Below are positions 38,668 through 47,435 of a DNA stretch of 64,000 nt, piece by piece. Source of the DNA: an uncultured Muribaculaceae bacterium (GTDB lineage Bacteria > Bacteroidota > Bacteroidia > Bacteroidales > UBA932). The notes under the pieces are model-generated. The model saw only the letters and a program-made list of their open reading frames with translations. It did not search any database and was not told the DNA's origin. How positions within the stretch are numbered: the first letter of the stretch is position 1; the number at the start of each line of letters is the position of its first letter. The stretch is from NCBI GenBank assembly GCA_964391955.1, contig CAYMOB010000005.1, forward strand, positions 39,519 through 103,518. Reading direction: 5' to 3'. A program made the position numbers and the translations under genes.

Positions 38668-39657
38668 TCACTCAACAAGCCTCCTGACCATCGGCTCCAG
38701 CTCCTGCAACGCATCTCTGGCTATAATCGTTCCGTCAGGCGCAAGCAACAGACAGGTAGGCACATAAGTGACTCCGTATAGTTCAGCGGCAGCCCCGTCG
38801 GTACCTAAGATGTTCTTCCAGGTCAAGCCGGCTTCCGTTATAGTCCTCTTCGACAGTCCGGCGCTCTCCCAGACCGGCACTCCGACTATGTCGAAAGACT
38901 CTCCGCCAAGTTCCTCGTACAATCCGCGTATATGAGGGAAGGAACGGCGGCACGGCCCGCAAGCGGTTGACCAGAAGTCAAGGAGAATATACTTTCCCTT
39001 GCCTGCGAAATCCGAGAGCCTGACCGGGATTCCGTCCGGACTGATTCCTCCGAAATCCCGGAACTTCATCCCGACCGAAGAACGGTACTCCGCCTCGATT
39101 TCACTCCGCAGCCTGGAAACACGAGGCTCCGCAAGCATATTCGGAGCCAATAGGCCCGCAAGGTCAAACTTGGTCCTGGGATCCGTGTTCCAGTTTGCCA
39201 GAAAGGAAAGGGCGACATATCCCACCGCGTTGTCACGGTTGATGGCTATCACCCTTTTATATTCATCAATCATCAAGGTGCTGTCCCTGAAGTGCGTCCT
39301 TCTGAACTCCACCAATGAATCCACACGCCCGCTCAGTGAATTCTTCCTGTCACCTTTCACCGCATAGCGTCCGTCCGGCCGCCTGCTGATGGTCAAAACG
39401 CCTCCTTCGGGGACAACAATAGCTTCCACGTAGCCGCCTATGCGCACACTGTAGGATTTGGTGATGTCTGTCGGCAACTCAACGCTGAACCGACCGTCCC
39501 GGACAGGCACAACCACAGTCTCACCGGCACGGTAAAAGAACGACACCTCCTTGGGCGCGTTCTCTTGTCCGAACCATCCCGAGACAACAGTATTGTCCTG
39601 CGCCATAACTCCGACCGCGGACAAAACCCCTATGGCCAAAACGGCTAATTTATTCAT
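38668..39657 (-). CDS. TlpA-like thiol-disulfide oxidoreductase (thioredoxin fold)
   Basis: Signal MNKLAVLAIGVLSAVGVMAQ; FWSTACGPCRRSFPHI (CxxC) in the C-terminal domain. Confidence 0.8.
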   Translation of the reverse strand: MNKLAVLAIGVLSAVGVMAQDNTVVSGWFGQENAPKEVSFFYRAGETVVVPVRDGRFSVELPTDITKSYSVRIGGYVEAIVVPEGGVLTISRRPDGRYAVKGDRKNSLSGRVDSLVEFRRTHFRDSTLMIDEYKRVIAINRDNAVGYVALSFLANWNTDPRTKFDLAGLLAPNMLAEPRVSRLRSEIEAEYRSSVGMKFRDFGGISPDGIPVRLSDFAGKGKYILLDFWSTACGPCRRSFPHIRGLYEELGGESFDIVGVPVWESAGLSKRTITEAGLTWKNILGTDGAAAELYGVTYVPTCLLLAPDGTIIARDALQELEPMVRRLVE

Positions 39658-39815
39658 TAACAATCAATTTATTTAGAGCCAGACATCCATCGCCCCACAA
39701 CCGCAGCCAACACAGGCCGGGCATTTCCTGCAACTATCATACCTTTCCCAACCGCATCCTCCTCCACGAGCAGGCACGATATACACTCGTGATTGTCTCG
39801 AGTCAATAAAGCGCC

Positions 39816-39952
39816 TCTCCCGGCAAAGGTTTGACTGGAATCGGCGCAGACAGCGATTTTTTTTGGCGCAAATCTGGCGCAACGTTATAAGCAATTTTGC
39901 CGTAACTTCTTGACTTACAAGAACTTACGGCAAATTCGTAGCGGGAAGAGGA
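39816..39952. repeat. left 137-bp direct repeat (attL-like)
   Basis: 135/137 identical to 62350-62486 (mismatches at 39822 and 39946). Confidence 0.9.
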
Positions 39953-40152
39953 GACTGTTCCGCAAGGGCAAGGATCGCCCGGTTGATGAGCTCGGTCTTG
40001 TTGCCCTCGTAGGATGAGAGGAACGCGTCCACCTCGGGCGTGGATTTGAAGGTGTAGGACTTGCCGTGGGCTTTGGGCTTGCGCCCCGCCCCGGACCGCG
40101 CGCCGCCCCAGGAAGGAGATTCGGAGGATGAAGACAATTTTTTTGTTTGCAT
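39925..40152 (-). CDS. small basic protein, ribbon-helix-helix-like
   Basis: 75 aa from ATG 40152; GRKPKAHGKSYTFKSTPEVDAFL...NKTELINRAILALAE resembles CopG/RHH layout. The 3' end lies inside the left repeat. Confidence 0.45.
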   Translation of the reverse strand: MQTKKLSSSSESPSWGGARSGAGRKPKAHGKSYTFKSTPEVDAFLSSYEGNKTELINRAILALAEQSPLPATNLP

Positions 40153-40341
40153 ACAGTTTTGTAATTTTGTGCCACCTACCAAAGGGGAGGCCGTTGGCGC
40201 GGCCTCCGCGGTTGGAATTAGATTGCGATCTCTATCGCGAATCTGATTTTCCAAATCTTAAAAATGATTTTGAAGCTCATCTTGTTAAGACTTTGGTAGG
40301 TTTTTTCTTACTCCCTTTCAAGCGTTTCAGATTCCTCTTTC

Positions 40342-40360
40342 GCGGTTCTCCCTGAACCGC
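40342..40360. promoter_or_regulatory. palindrome GCGGTTC-N5-GAACCGC in divergent control region
   Basis: Perfect 7-bp arms; a minus-strand TATCTTTG box at 40365-40372 lies just upstream. Confidence 0.3.
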
Positions 40361-40479
40361 AATACAAAGATACGCATTTATCTTGAATTACACAACTTTA
40401 TTTCAAGTTTTTTAAAACTTTTTCATTGAAAATCAATAAGTAAAGAGTTTCCGATAGAACAGTATTAAAAGACGAATAT

Positions 40480-40731
40480 ATGGAAATCAAGGAAATCTGG
40501 AAGTCCGCGAGCCGGGAGCAGCGGGACAGTCTGACAATGTTGATTATGATGGACAAGGTGTCCTTCTCGGCGGCGTACTCGTGGTGCACCGGGGCGAGGC
40601 GGCCGATGCCTCTCTACAGGGAGAAGATCCGGGGGTACGTCAAGGAGGCCTTCGGGATCGAGGCGACCGCCGAGGAGTTGTTCCCTGAAAAAAATAGGCC
40701 ATGTACGTGGACAATGACAATCGTGGCCTGA
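40480..40731 (+). CDS. hypothetical early protein (possible HTH)
   Basis: 83 aa, first rightward ORF after the AT-rich divergent region. Confidence 0.4.
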   Translation: MEIKEIWKSASREQRDSLTMLIMMDKVSFSAAYSWCTGARRPMPLYREKIRGYVKEAFGIEATAEELFPEKNRPCTWTMTIVA

Positions 40732-40991
40732 TTTCGATCTTCGAGATTGGCAGGCCAGAATGGTCGGCACTGAGCAGTGCGTGCAAAATAGCCGCCCAGA
40801 TGTGGGAAATCCAGTTGGCGGAATTCAACGGACTCGACCCGGCAAGGATGTCGACATACGACATTCAAAGGAGGAGCCAACTCACCAATTACAGAGACGC
40901 AGTCCAAAAGCTGGCGTTCGGGATAGCCCAAGCAAGCGAGAGGATCGATCAGAACTCCATACCTAACCCGTTCACTATCATTAAACCATGA
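40701..40991 (+). CDS. hypothetical protein
   Basis: 96 aa; end overlaps the primase ATG (ATGA). Confidence 0.35.
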   Translation: MYVDNDNRGLISIFEIGRPEWSALSSACKIAAQMWEIQLAEFNGLDPARMSTYDIQRRSQLTNYRDAVQKLAFGIAQASERIDQNSIPNPFTIIKP

Positions 40992-43900
40992 TACCCGAAT
41001 ATGTAAAAGACCAGATCAAGGAGCGGGACATCGTCTCGATCATTCAGGACGAGGGCGTCGAGCTCAAGCGGGAGGGCGGCCACTACAAATGCTGCTGCCC
41101 CTTCCACGGCGAGAAGACACCGTCGTTCGTCGTGACACCGTCGAGGAATATGTACCACTGCTTCGGGTGCGGGCGCACGGGCGACGCCATCAGCTTCGTG
41201 ATGGAGCGCCGCAGGATGACATTCTACGAGGCGGTGGAGCATCTGGCCGGGCGGCTCGGGATCGACTACGAGAAGAGAGAGCCGACGCCTGAGGAGAAGG
41301 CGGCGGAGTTCAGGCGGTCGCAGATGATGACAGTGAACAAGCTCGCCTCCGAATGGTATATCCAGCGCTACAGGGAGTCTCCCGGAGCAACGGACTACGT
41401 TCAGAAGAAGCGAGGGATCAAGGCGGAGACCGCCGGGCTGTTCTGCCTCGGCTACGCCCCGGGGAAGGGCGGGCTGATGCAGTACCTGACCGGCCTCGGA
41501 TGGAAGACGGATGTCCTCCTCGCAGCCGGACTCGTCAAGAGGAACGAGGACACGGGACAGATCTATGACACGTTCCGGCATAGGATCATCTTTCCCGTGT
41601 TCTGGACAAGCGGCTACATAGCGGGCTTCTCAGGGCGCTACATCGGCGACAAGCCGGGCGTTCCGAAGTACCTTAACACCGGGGAGACGGAGCTTTACAA
41701 GAAGAAGGGCATCCTCTTCGGCTGGCTACAGGCGAATATGCAGATCTACGCAACGAGGCAGGCCTACCTTGTGGAGGGCAACCTGGATGTGTGCAGGCTG
41801 CACGAGATCGGCGTGAAGAACGCCGTCGCGCCGTGCGGGACGGCTCTGACGCAGGAGCAGATCGCACTGCTGAAGGCAAAGGCCGACAGGGTCACGATCA
41901 TAGGCGACACGGACAAGGCCGGAGTCGAGGCGGTGCAGAAGAACGCCCGCATCCTGACCGAGTCCGGGCTTTCCGTCTCGGTTATGGAGCTTCCACCTGA
42001 TCTGGGCAAGGATGCGGACGAGTACTTCCGCACCCACCGGCACGAGTTCGACGAGTGCAGTCTCCAGAGGACGCGCGACTATATTCCTTGGATCTGCGAG
42101 AAGTGGATGAGCGCCGCCGCGTCGCAGACGGAAAAGGCGGCCGTGATCACCGAGGTCTGCAAGCTGCTGGCCAACGTACCCGACCAGAGCACCGCAGATA
42201 TGTACAGGGAGACCTTCACGAAGACATACAAGTTCGGGAAGATCTGGAGTCAGGAATATTTCAAGGCCAAGAACGACAAGGAGCGGGCCGAGGCGAAGGA
42301 GGACGGGACGAAGGAGATGCTCCAGAACTACGGCTTCTACGTCAAGAACAACTGCTACTACGGCGCGTCAAGGTCGGGGAACGACACAAGGTGGAGCAAT
42401 TTCACGATGACGCCGATCCTGCACATCAGGGACGAGAAGAACGCCCGGCGAATATTCACGCTGCGCAACGTCAAGATGCAGGAGGCCGTCGTGAAGCTGA
42501 ACCAGAGCGAACTCGTCTCGTTCACGGACTTCAAGACGAGGGTCGAGACCGCCGGGAACTACGTCTGGGAGGCCACGGCCAACGAGCTGACCTCGCTAAA
42601 GAAGTACCTCTACGACGGCACCCCGTCAGCCGACGAGATCAAGCAGTTAGGGTGGCAGAAGAAGTGGGGCTTCTACGCCTGGGGCAACGGAGGCCTTGAC
42701 AACGGCACGTTCAGGCAGGTGGACAAGTACGGCATCATCGACATCAAAGGTCAGAAGTTCTACCTTCCGGGATGTGCCCTCGACACGAGGGACAACACGC
42801 AGGGCTACCAGCTCGCGAGGAAGTTCGTTTACACGGAGACGAACACCATCTCGCTGCGGGAATATTCAGAGAAACTTATCACCGTGTTCGGCGACAACGC
42901 CAAGGTGGCTCTCTGCTTCCTGTTCGCCTCCCTGTTCAAGGACGTGGTGACATCGGTCACGACCTCTTTCCCGATTCTTGACCTGTTCGGGCCGAAGGGT
43001 ACGGGAAAGTCGGAGCTCGGACACTCGCTGACCTCGTTCTTCGTCTGCAACAACATCGCCCCGAACATCAACAACACGACCAAGGCGGCGCTTGCCGAGG
43101 CGGTGGCGGAAGTGAGTAATGCCGTTGTACACTTGGACGAATATAAGAACAACCTCGACCTTGAGAAGAGGGAGTTCCTGAAAGGGCTGTGGGACGGTGC
43201 GGGACGGTCGTGGATGAATATGGACAACGACAAGCGGAGGGAGACCACCGCTGTTGACTGCGGGGTGGTGATGTCGGGGCAGGAGATGCCGACGGCGGAC
43301 ATCGCCCTTTTCAACCGCCTCGTGTTCCTGACGTTCAGCAAGACCACATTCAGCGACCAGGAGAAGAGGAACTACGAGAACCTGAAACTTATCGAGAAGC
43401 GCGGGCTGACGCACCTGACGAACCAGTTGCTTCAGCTACGGTCGAAATTCCAGACGGACTTCCGCCGGGTATGGGACGAGACGCTGGCAGAGATGAACGA
43501 CAGGGTCCGATCCTACAGCGTGGAAGACAGGACGCTCAGGAACTGGGCGGTTCTGCTGGCGGCGTTTCGGACATTGAGAGCAGACATCGATGTGCCTTTC
43601 GGCCACGATGAGATCTTCCGGATCTGCTGCAAGGGCTGCGTGGATCAGAACCAGAAGACGCGGCAGAACAACGAGCTTTCGGGCTTCTGGGAGATCGTGG
43701 AGAACCTTGTCGCTTCCGGCCAGGCCTACATCAACATTGACTATAAGCTTTGCTCAGGTGACCGTCCGTTTGCCATCAAGGAGTCGGACACGCCGTTCGA
43801 GCCAAGGCACGGGACAAGGTACATCTATCTTGCATTCCAGAGATTGTCAGCGCTCTATATGAAGGAGGGCAAGGACGTGAACGGCAAGGTGATTCCAAGG

Positions 43901-44194
43901 GACTCTCTGAGGTACTATCTGGAGCACTCGCCGGAGTTCGTCGGCACGGCAAGGTCGATGCGGTTCAAGCTGCTTGAGAACAAATCCTACGTCTCCAGCA
44001 ATCCGGAGACCGGCAAGAGCCGCGTGACCACCGCTATGGTCTTCGACTACGATGCGATCAAGACGAACTATGGCATCGACCTCGACATCTCGACGGACAC
44101 CCTTGAGGGCGGAGACAACCGTACCGCCGCCACGACACCGCCGCCGGTGGACGAGCCTGAGGAGGCTCGTGACCCGGAAATCTGGGAGGAGTGA
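40988..44194 (+). CDS. DNA primase-helicase fusion (CHC2 zinc finger + Toprim + P-loop NTPase)
   Basis: CCCPFHGEKTPSF...YHCFGCG; LVEGNLDV and GDTDKAG Toprim; Walker A GPKGTGKS, Walker B VVHLDEY. Confidence 0.85.
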   Translation: MIPEYVKDQIKERDIVSIIQDEGVELKREGGHYKCCCPFHGEKTPSFVVTPSRNMYHCFGCGRTGDAISFVMERRRMTFYEAVEHLAGRLGIDYEKREPTPEEKAAEFRRSQMMTVNKLASEWYIQRYRESPGATDYVQKKRGIKAETAGLFCLGYAPGKGGLMQYLTGLGWKTDVLLAAGLVKRNEDTGQIYDTFRHRIIFPVFWTSGYIAGFSGRYIGDKPGVPKYLNTGETELYKKKGILFGWLQANMQIYATRQAYLVEGNLDVCRLHEIGVKNAVAPCGTALTQEQIALLKAKADRVTIIGDTDKAGVEAVQKNARILTESGLSVSVMELPPDLGKDADEYFRTHRHEFDECSLQRTRDYIPWICEKWMSAAASQTEKAAVITEVCKLLANVPDQSTADMYRETFTKTYKFGKIWSQEYFKAKNDKERAEAKEDGTKEMLQNYGFYVKNNCYYGASRSGNDTRWSNFTMTPILHIRDEKNARRIFTLRNVKMQEAVVKLNQSELVSFTDFKTRVETAGNYVWEATANELTSLKKYLYDGTPSADEIKQLGWQKKWGFYAWGNGGLDNGTFRQVDKYGIIDIKGQKFYLPGCALDTRDNTQGYQLARKFVYTETNTISLREYSEKLITVFGDNAKVALCFLFASLFKDVVTSVTTSFPILDLFGPKGTGKSELGHSLTSFFVCNNIAPNINNTTKAALAEAVAEVSNAVVHLDEYKNNLDLEKREFLKGLWDGAGRSWMNMDNDKRRETTAVDCGVVMSGQEMPTADIALFNRLVFLTFSKTTFSDQEKRNYENLKLIEKRGLTHLTNQLLQLRSKFQTDFRRVWDETLAEMNDRVRSYSVEDRTLRNWAVLLAAFRTLRADIDVPFGHDEIFRICCKGCVDQNQKTRQNNELSGFWEIVENLVASGQAYINIDYKLCSGDRPFAIKESDTPFEPRHGTRYIYLAFQRLSALYMKEGKDVNGKVIPRDSLRYYLEHSPEFVGTARSMRFKLLENKSYVSSNPETGKSRVTTAMVFDYDAIKTNYGIDLDISTDTLEGGDNRTAATTPPPVDEPEEARDPEIWEE

Positions 44195-44532
44195 TGGAAG
44201 ACCTTTCCAGATATGTCCTCTATTCCAAGGATCAGGAGGCCGCGTTCCGGAAACGGTTCGCCGGTGTCATCGCCGCCAGACAAGCCGCCTACGTCAGATG
44301 GCTGCGAGGCCTCCCGCTCCTGGAATGGGTGGACTACCTCCAGCAGGTCGCCCCAAAGGACCGCCAGGCCGTCATCGGGCTGATCTGCGTCTGCATCCAG
44401 GATCGGCTCGCCGCCGTCACCTTCAGCCGTGACTACCGCCGGATCCGCCGCGACCCCGTCACCGACGAGGAGGTCGAGGCCGTTTTCGGAAAAAGAAAAG
44501 GTAAAAATAATCGCCAAAAATTTGGAAAATGA
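44194..44532 (+). CDS. hypothetical protein
   Basis: 112 aa from ATG 44194 (TGATG overlap with primase). Its 5' part is duplicated at 45288-45404. Confidence 0.45.
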   Translation: MEDLSRYVLYSKDQEAAFRKRFAGVIAARQAAYVRWLRGLPLLEWVDYLQQVAPKDRQAVIGLICVCIQDRLAAVTFSRDYRRIRRDPVTDEEVEAVFGKRKGKNNRQKFGK

Positions 44533-44544
44533 TAGAATTTATAC

Positions 44545-44552
44545 TATCTTTG
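44545..44552 (+). promoter_or_regulatory. -7 box TATCTTTG for hicA-1
   Basis: Exact TAnnTTTG, 20 nt upstream of ATG 44573. Confidence 0.4.
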
Positions 44553-44572
44553 TAGCAGTTAAAAAATAAGGG

Positions 44573-44758
44573 ATGAAGTACAATGAATTAATGAGACAAC
44601 TAAAGAAGGCCGGGTGCTACGACACCGGAAGACAACAGAGCGGACATCCGCTTTGGTTCAGCCCCAAAACCGGAAAGGTGTTCAAGGTAAGCAACCACGG
44701 ATCCGAAGAGGTAGCGACAGGAACTTTAGCACAAATCAAAAAGGCTGCGGGGATTTAA
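44573..44758 (+). CDS. hicA: HicA-family toxin (copy 1)
   Basis: 61 aa; MKYNELMRQLKKAGCY...GHPLWF...GTLAQIKKAAGI matches HicA/YcfA layout. Confidence 0.75.
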   Translation: MKYNELMRQLKKAGCYDTGRQQSGHPLWFSPKTGKVFKVSNHGSEEVATGTLAQIKKAAGI

Positions 44759-44794
44759 TTCCCCGCACCTTCACAAATAAAACCACACGTTATT

Positions 44795-45199
44795 ATGAGA
44801 AAGGTTAACGCAGTTATTGAAAAGGCCTCCGACGGCAACTACAGCATCTATATGAATGCTGATGATATGCCTTATCTTGTCACGGGGACAGGGAAAACAG
44901 TCAAGGAAGCAAAGAAGGTGTTCGAAGACGGCTATGAGGACATCAAGAAATACTACAAGGAGAATGGCGAGCCGTTCGAGGAAGTGGAGTTCTGCTACCA
45001 GTACGACATACCATCGTTCCTTCAGGAATACGCCTACCTCATCACCTTGTCCGGTCTGGAGAGGGTGACAGGGGTCAACCAAAAACAGCTCGGGCACTAT
45101 ATCAGCGGCTTCAGACATCCCTCGGCTAAAACAGCGAAGAAAATCGAGGAGGGAATCAGGAAACTGGGACAAGAGTTCTCGTCTGTCAAATTCGCCTGA
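44795..45199 (+). CDS. hicB: HicB-family antitoxin with C-terminal HTH (copy 1)
   Basis: VIEKASDGNYSIYMNADD...GKTVKEAKKVFEDG N-domain; LERVTGVNQKQLGHYISG HTH. Confidence 0.75.
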   Translation: MRKVNAVIEKASDGNYSIYMNADDMPYLVTGTGKTVKEAKKVFEDGYEDIKKYYKENGEPFEEVEFCYQYDIPSFLQEYAYLITLSGLERVTGVNQKQLGHYISGFRHPSAKTAKKIEEGIRKLGQEFSSVKFA

Positions 45200-45248
45200 T
45201 TGCAACCTGACTCAGGATAAGGCGGGTATCTCATTCCCCGACAGGCGC

Positions 45249-45279
45249 GGCGGCATCCTTATGGACGCCGCCTTTTTTT
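45249..45279 (+). terminator. intrinsic terminator after hicB-1
   Basis: GGCGGCATCC-TTAT-GGACGCCGCC followed by TTTTTTT. Confidence 0.6.
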
Positions 45280-45287
45280 GTGTCTGA

Positions 45288-45461
45288 CAGGAGGCGGCGT
45301 TCCGGAAACGGTTCGCCGGTGTCATCGCCGCCAAACAGGCGGCTTACGTCCGATGGCTGCGAGGTCTTCCGCTTCCGGAGCGGGTGGATTATCTGCCACA
45401 GGCCTTCACAAGGGACTGCAAGGCCGTATTAGGGAAGATTCCGAAACAATATCTCCAATGA
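45288..45461 (+). pseudogene. start-less duplicate fragment of ORF 44194..44532
   Basis: Translates QEAAFRKRFAGVIAAKQAAYVRWLRGLPL..., parallel to aa 15-50 of the upstream ORF. An in-frame TGA lies immediately upstream and there is no start codon. Confidence 0.55.
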
Positions 45462-45524
45462 GATGTTGGATGTTCAAGAAAGAAACACGATATTTGCAAT
45501 AAATTTAGCGATAACTAAAGTACG

Positions 45525-45919
45525 ATGGCTGAATATTTGTACGACATATTTGAGGATGTGGACAATGAGAACGACTACCTGTTCTACAAACTCTCGATTG
45601 ACGGGGAATGCCAGTTCGAGCGGTTTTATGAAGAGGTGACAGCCAACGCCAAATCACGGGATGCGAAGAGTATGGACAGAATCATCGCATATATGGATGC
45701 GTTCGGCCCGACACTTCTGCCGAAAGAGAAATTCCGCAACATAAAGGGCTGAAAGACGTTTCTGGAGCCAAAAGAAGTGATGTCTTCGAGTTCAAATCCA
45801 ACGATCTCAGAGTCTATGTAGTGCTAAGAAAGCCCTCTGTTCACATCGTAATGGGAGGTTACAAGAAGAATCAAGACAAGGACGTTGACGTGCTTGCCGA
45901 TAAAATAAAGGAGTTTTAA
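45525..45919 (+). pseudogene. Gp49/HigB (RelE/ParE superfamily)-like toxin, reading frame interrupted at 45750
   Basis: Frame 0 ends ...KFRNIKG-TGA. The -1 frame continues LKDVSGAKRSDVFEFKSNDLRVYVVL...MGGYKKNQDKDVDVLADKIKEF to TAA 45917-45919. Confidence 0.6.
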
Positions 45920-45921
45920 CT

Positions 45922-46272
45922 ATGAGCAGAGACAGAGTCTTGAAGTCGCCGGCATATTGGGCGGCGCGAATACAGTTGGCGCTGTATGAATGCGCTGGAA
46001 TATTTATGAAAAAGAACGGGATGAACAAAAAACAACTTGCGGAACATCTTGGAGTTTCGGCAGGATATGTCTCCCAGGTTCTGAACGGGGATTACGATCA
46101 TCGCCTTTCAAAGTTTGTGGAACTATCGATGAGTTTCGGCTTTATTCCTAAAATCCAGTTTATACCTGTCGAGACCGTCGTTGAAGAGAACGGGCGCAGG
46201 CTGACGGCAAAGGGAACGGCCAGCATAACATTCAAATCCTCTGATGACATTGACTATCTTAACGCAGCGTGA
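45922..46272 (+). CDS. XRE-family HTH antitoxin with C-terminal extension
   Basis: MNKKQLAEHLGVSAGYVSQVLNG HTH; about 45 aa tail after the HTH; ATG 2 nt after the toxin stop. Confidence 0.7.
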   Translation: MSRDRVLKSPAYWAARIQLALYECAGIFMKKNGMNKKQLAEHLGVSAGYVSQVLNGDYDHRLSKFVELSMSFGFIPKIQFIPVETVVEENGRRLTAKGTASITFKSSDDIDYLNAA

Positions 46273-46273
46273 T

Positions 46274-46708
46274 ATGGTAAAATTCAGAATGACAGGCGTG
46301 GCCATAAACCAGTTCGCAATACTGGCGGATGAATACAAACGATACAAGGAGTGGCAGGCCGACGTTGACCTGATTACGTCGTATGCCGTCGAGACCTCAG
46401 AAATCGCCATTCGTATGAAATTCCTGTTCCGGCATCTGGACTCAAAGATTCTGGTGCTTGAGATAACTTGTAGATTCAAAATTGACGGAGCCAATGAGTT
46501 TGAGGTAAAAGGCGGGCATATCATCATCCCGGCCAACCTTGTGGCTCACCTTGCGATGCATACGGTCGGAACGGCAAGAGGAGTGCTTGTCTGCAAGACT
46601 GAAGGGACGCCATATAGCCAATATATTCTGCCACCGATCAACGTGTCAAGTATGATACCAAACGACATCGAAGTCCCATCCGGGAGTGACAACGTGGATA
46701 CCGAATAA
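46274..46708 (+). CDS. SecB-like chaperone candidate
   Basis: 144 aa from ATG 46274 (1 nt after the antitoxin stop). Layout F.I..I..F...V.L..., then PANLVAHLAMHTVGTARGVL...LPPINV, parallels SecB (by eye). Confidence 0.45.
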   Translation: MVKFRMTGVAINQFAILADEYKRYKEWQADVDLITSYAVETSEIAIRMKFLFRHLDSKILVLEITCRFKIDGANEFEVKGGHIIIPANLVAHLAMHTVGTARGVLVCKTEGTPYSQYILPPINVSSMIPNDIEVPSGSDNVDTE

Positions 46709-46802
46709 AATCTCTCAAATTGTCCTTTACGTGATATGTGGCCGATTGTAATTTTGTGCCGAAGGAAGTGGCGAATAGGCTACACAATCGAAACAAGAAA
46801 TT

Positions 46803-47435
46803 ATGAATCGGACAAACAATGAGATTAACCTGCGATTGGTCGATTGGAGAAGAATCGGGGAGTTTGATATGCCTGTAATCAGAAAATGCGACTTTTTGCC
46901 GACCAGACTTACATCTTTCAATTTAGCGAGAACAGAGAAGGACAAGGGTTCCGGAGTACACTTTTTCATCGATGACTATCAATTCGATAGAGTGTGGAGA
47001 AATCCTACCGCTTACCTCAATACGCTAAGACAATTCCAATGTGTGCTAAGCCCGGATTTTAGTGTCTTCGTAGATATGCCTACGCCTATGAAGATCTGGA
47101 ATGTATATCGCAATAGATTGATGGGAAGTTGGTGGCAGGAAAAAGGAATCAGAGTCATTCCGACAGTGGGATGGGCCGAACCAGACAGCTTCGGATACTG
47201 CTTTGCCGGGATTGAGCCAGGAGGGGTAGTAGCAGTCTCCAACATAGGGACAAGAAAGACCGCAAGGACAAAAAGAATGTGGATGCTGGGTGCAGAGGAA
47301 ATAGTCAAAAGGCTGCGTCCGAGTGCAATTCTACTCTACGGTTCGAGCGATTCGTTCGATTTCGGGCAAATAGAAGTCAGACTCTTCGAAAACGCGAATT
47401 TAGAAAGGTTAAAAAAGATCTGCGATGGGGAGTAG
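46803..47435 (+). CDS. DUF4417 domain protein
   Basis: FFIDDYQFDRVWRNP..Y...L..F..VLSPDFSVFVDMP...IWNVYRNR..G..W...GI.VIPTVGW recalled as the DUF4417 signature. Confidence 0.65.
   Translation: MNRTNNEINLRLVDWRRIGEFDMPVIRKCDFLPTRLTSFNLARTEKDKGSGVHFFIDDYQFDRVWRNPTAYLNTLRQFQCVLSPDFSVFVDMPTPMKIWNVYRNRLMGSWWQEKGIRVIPTVGWAEPDSFGYCFAGIEPGGVVAVSNIGTRKTARTKRMWMLGAEEIVKRLRPSAILLYGSSDSFDFGQIEVRLFENANLERLKKICDGE

Noticed and set aside
39673-39894. 73-aa Cys-rich ORF (CGWERYDSCRKCPACVGCGCG) just upstream of the thioredoxin-like gene; considered as a RiPP-like precursor
   Set aside because: It starts at a TTG inside the 137-bp att repeat, runs through the tRNA-downstream sequence, has no internal ATG and no maturase nearby. 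It is most likely a chance frame.
40949-42699. Several 70-214-aa ORFs inside or antisense to the primase-helicase gene
   Set aside because: All overlap a 1068-aa ORF with clear CHC2, Toprim and Walker motifs. Their products are Arg/Pro-rich shadow frames.
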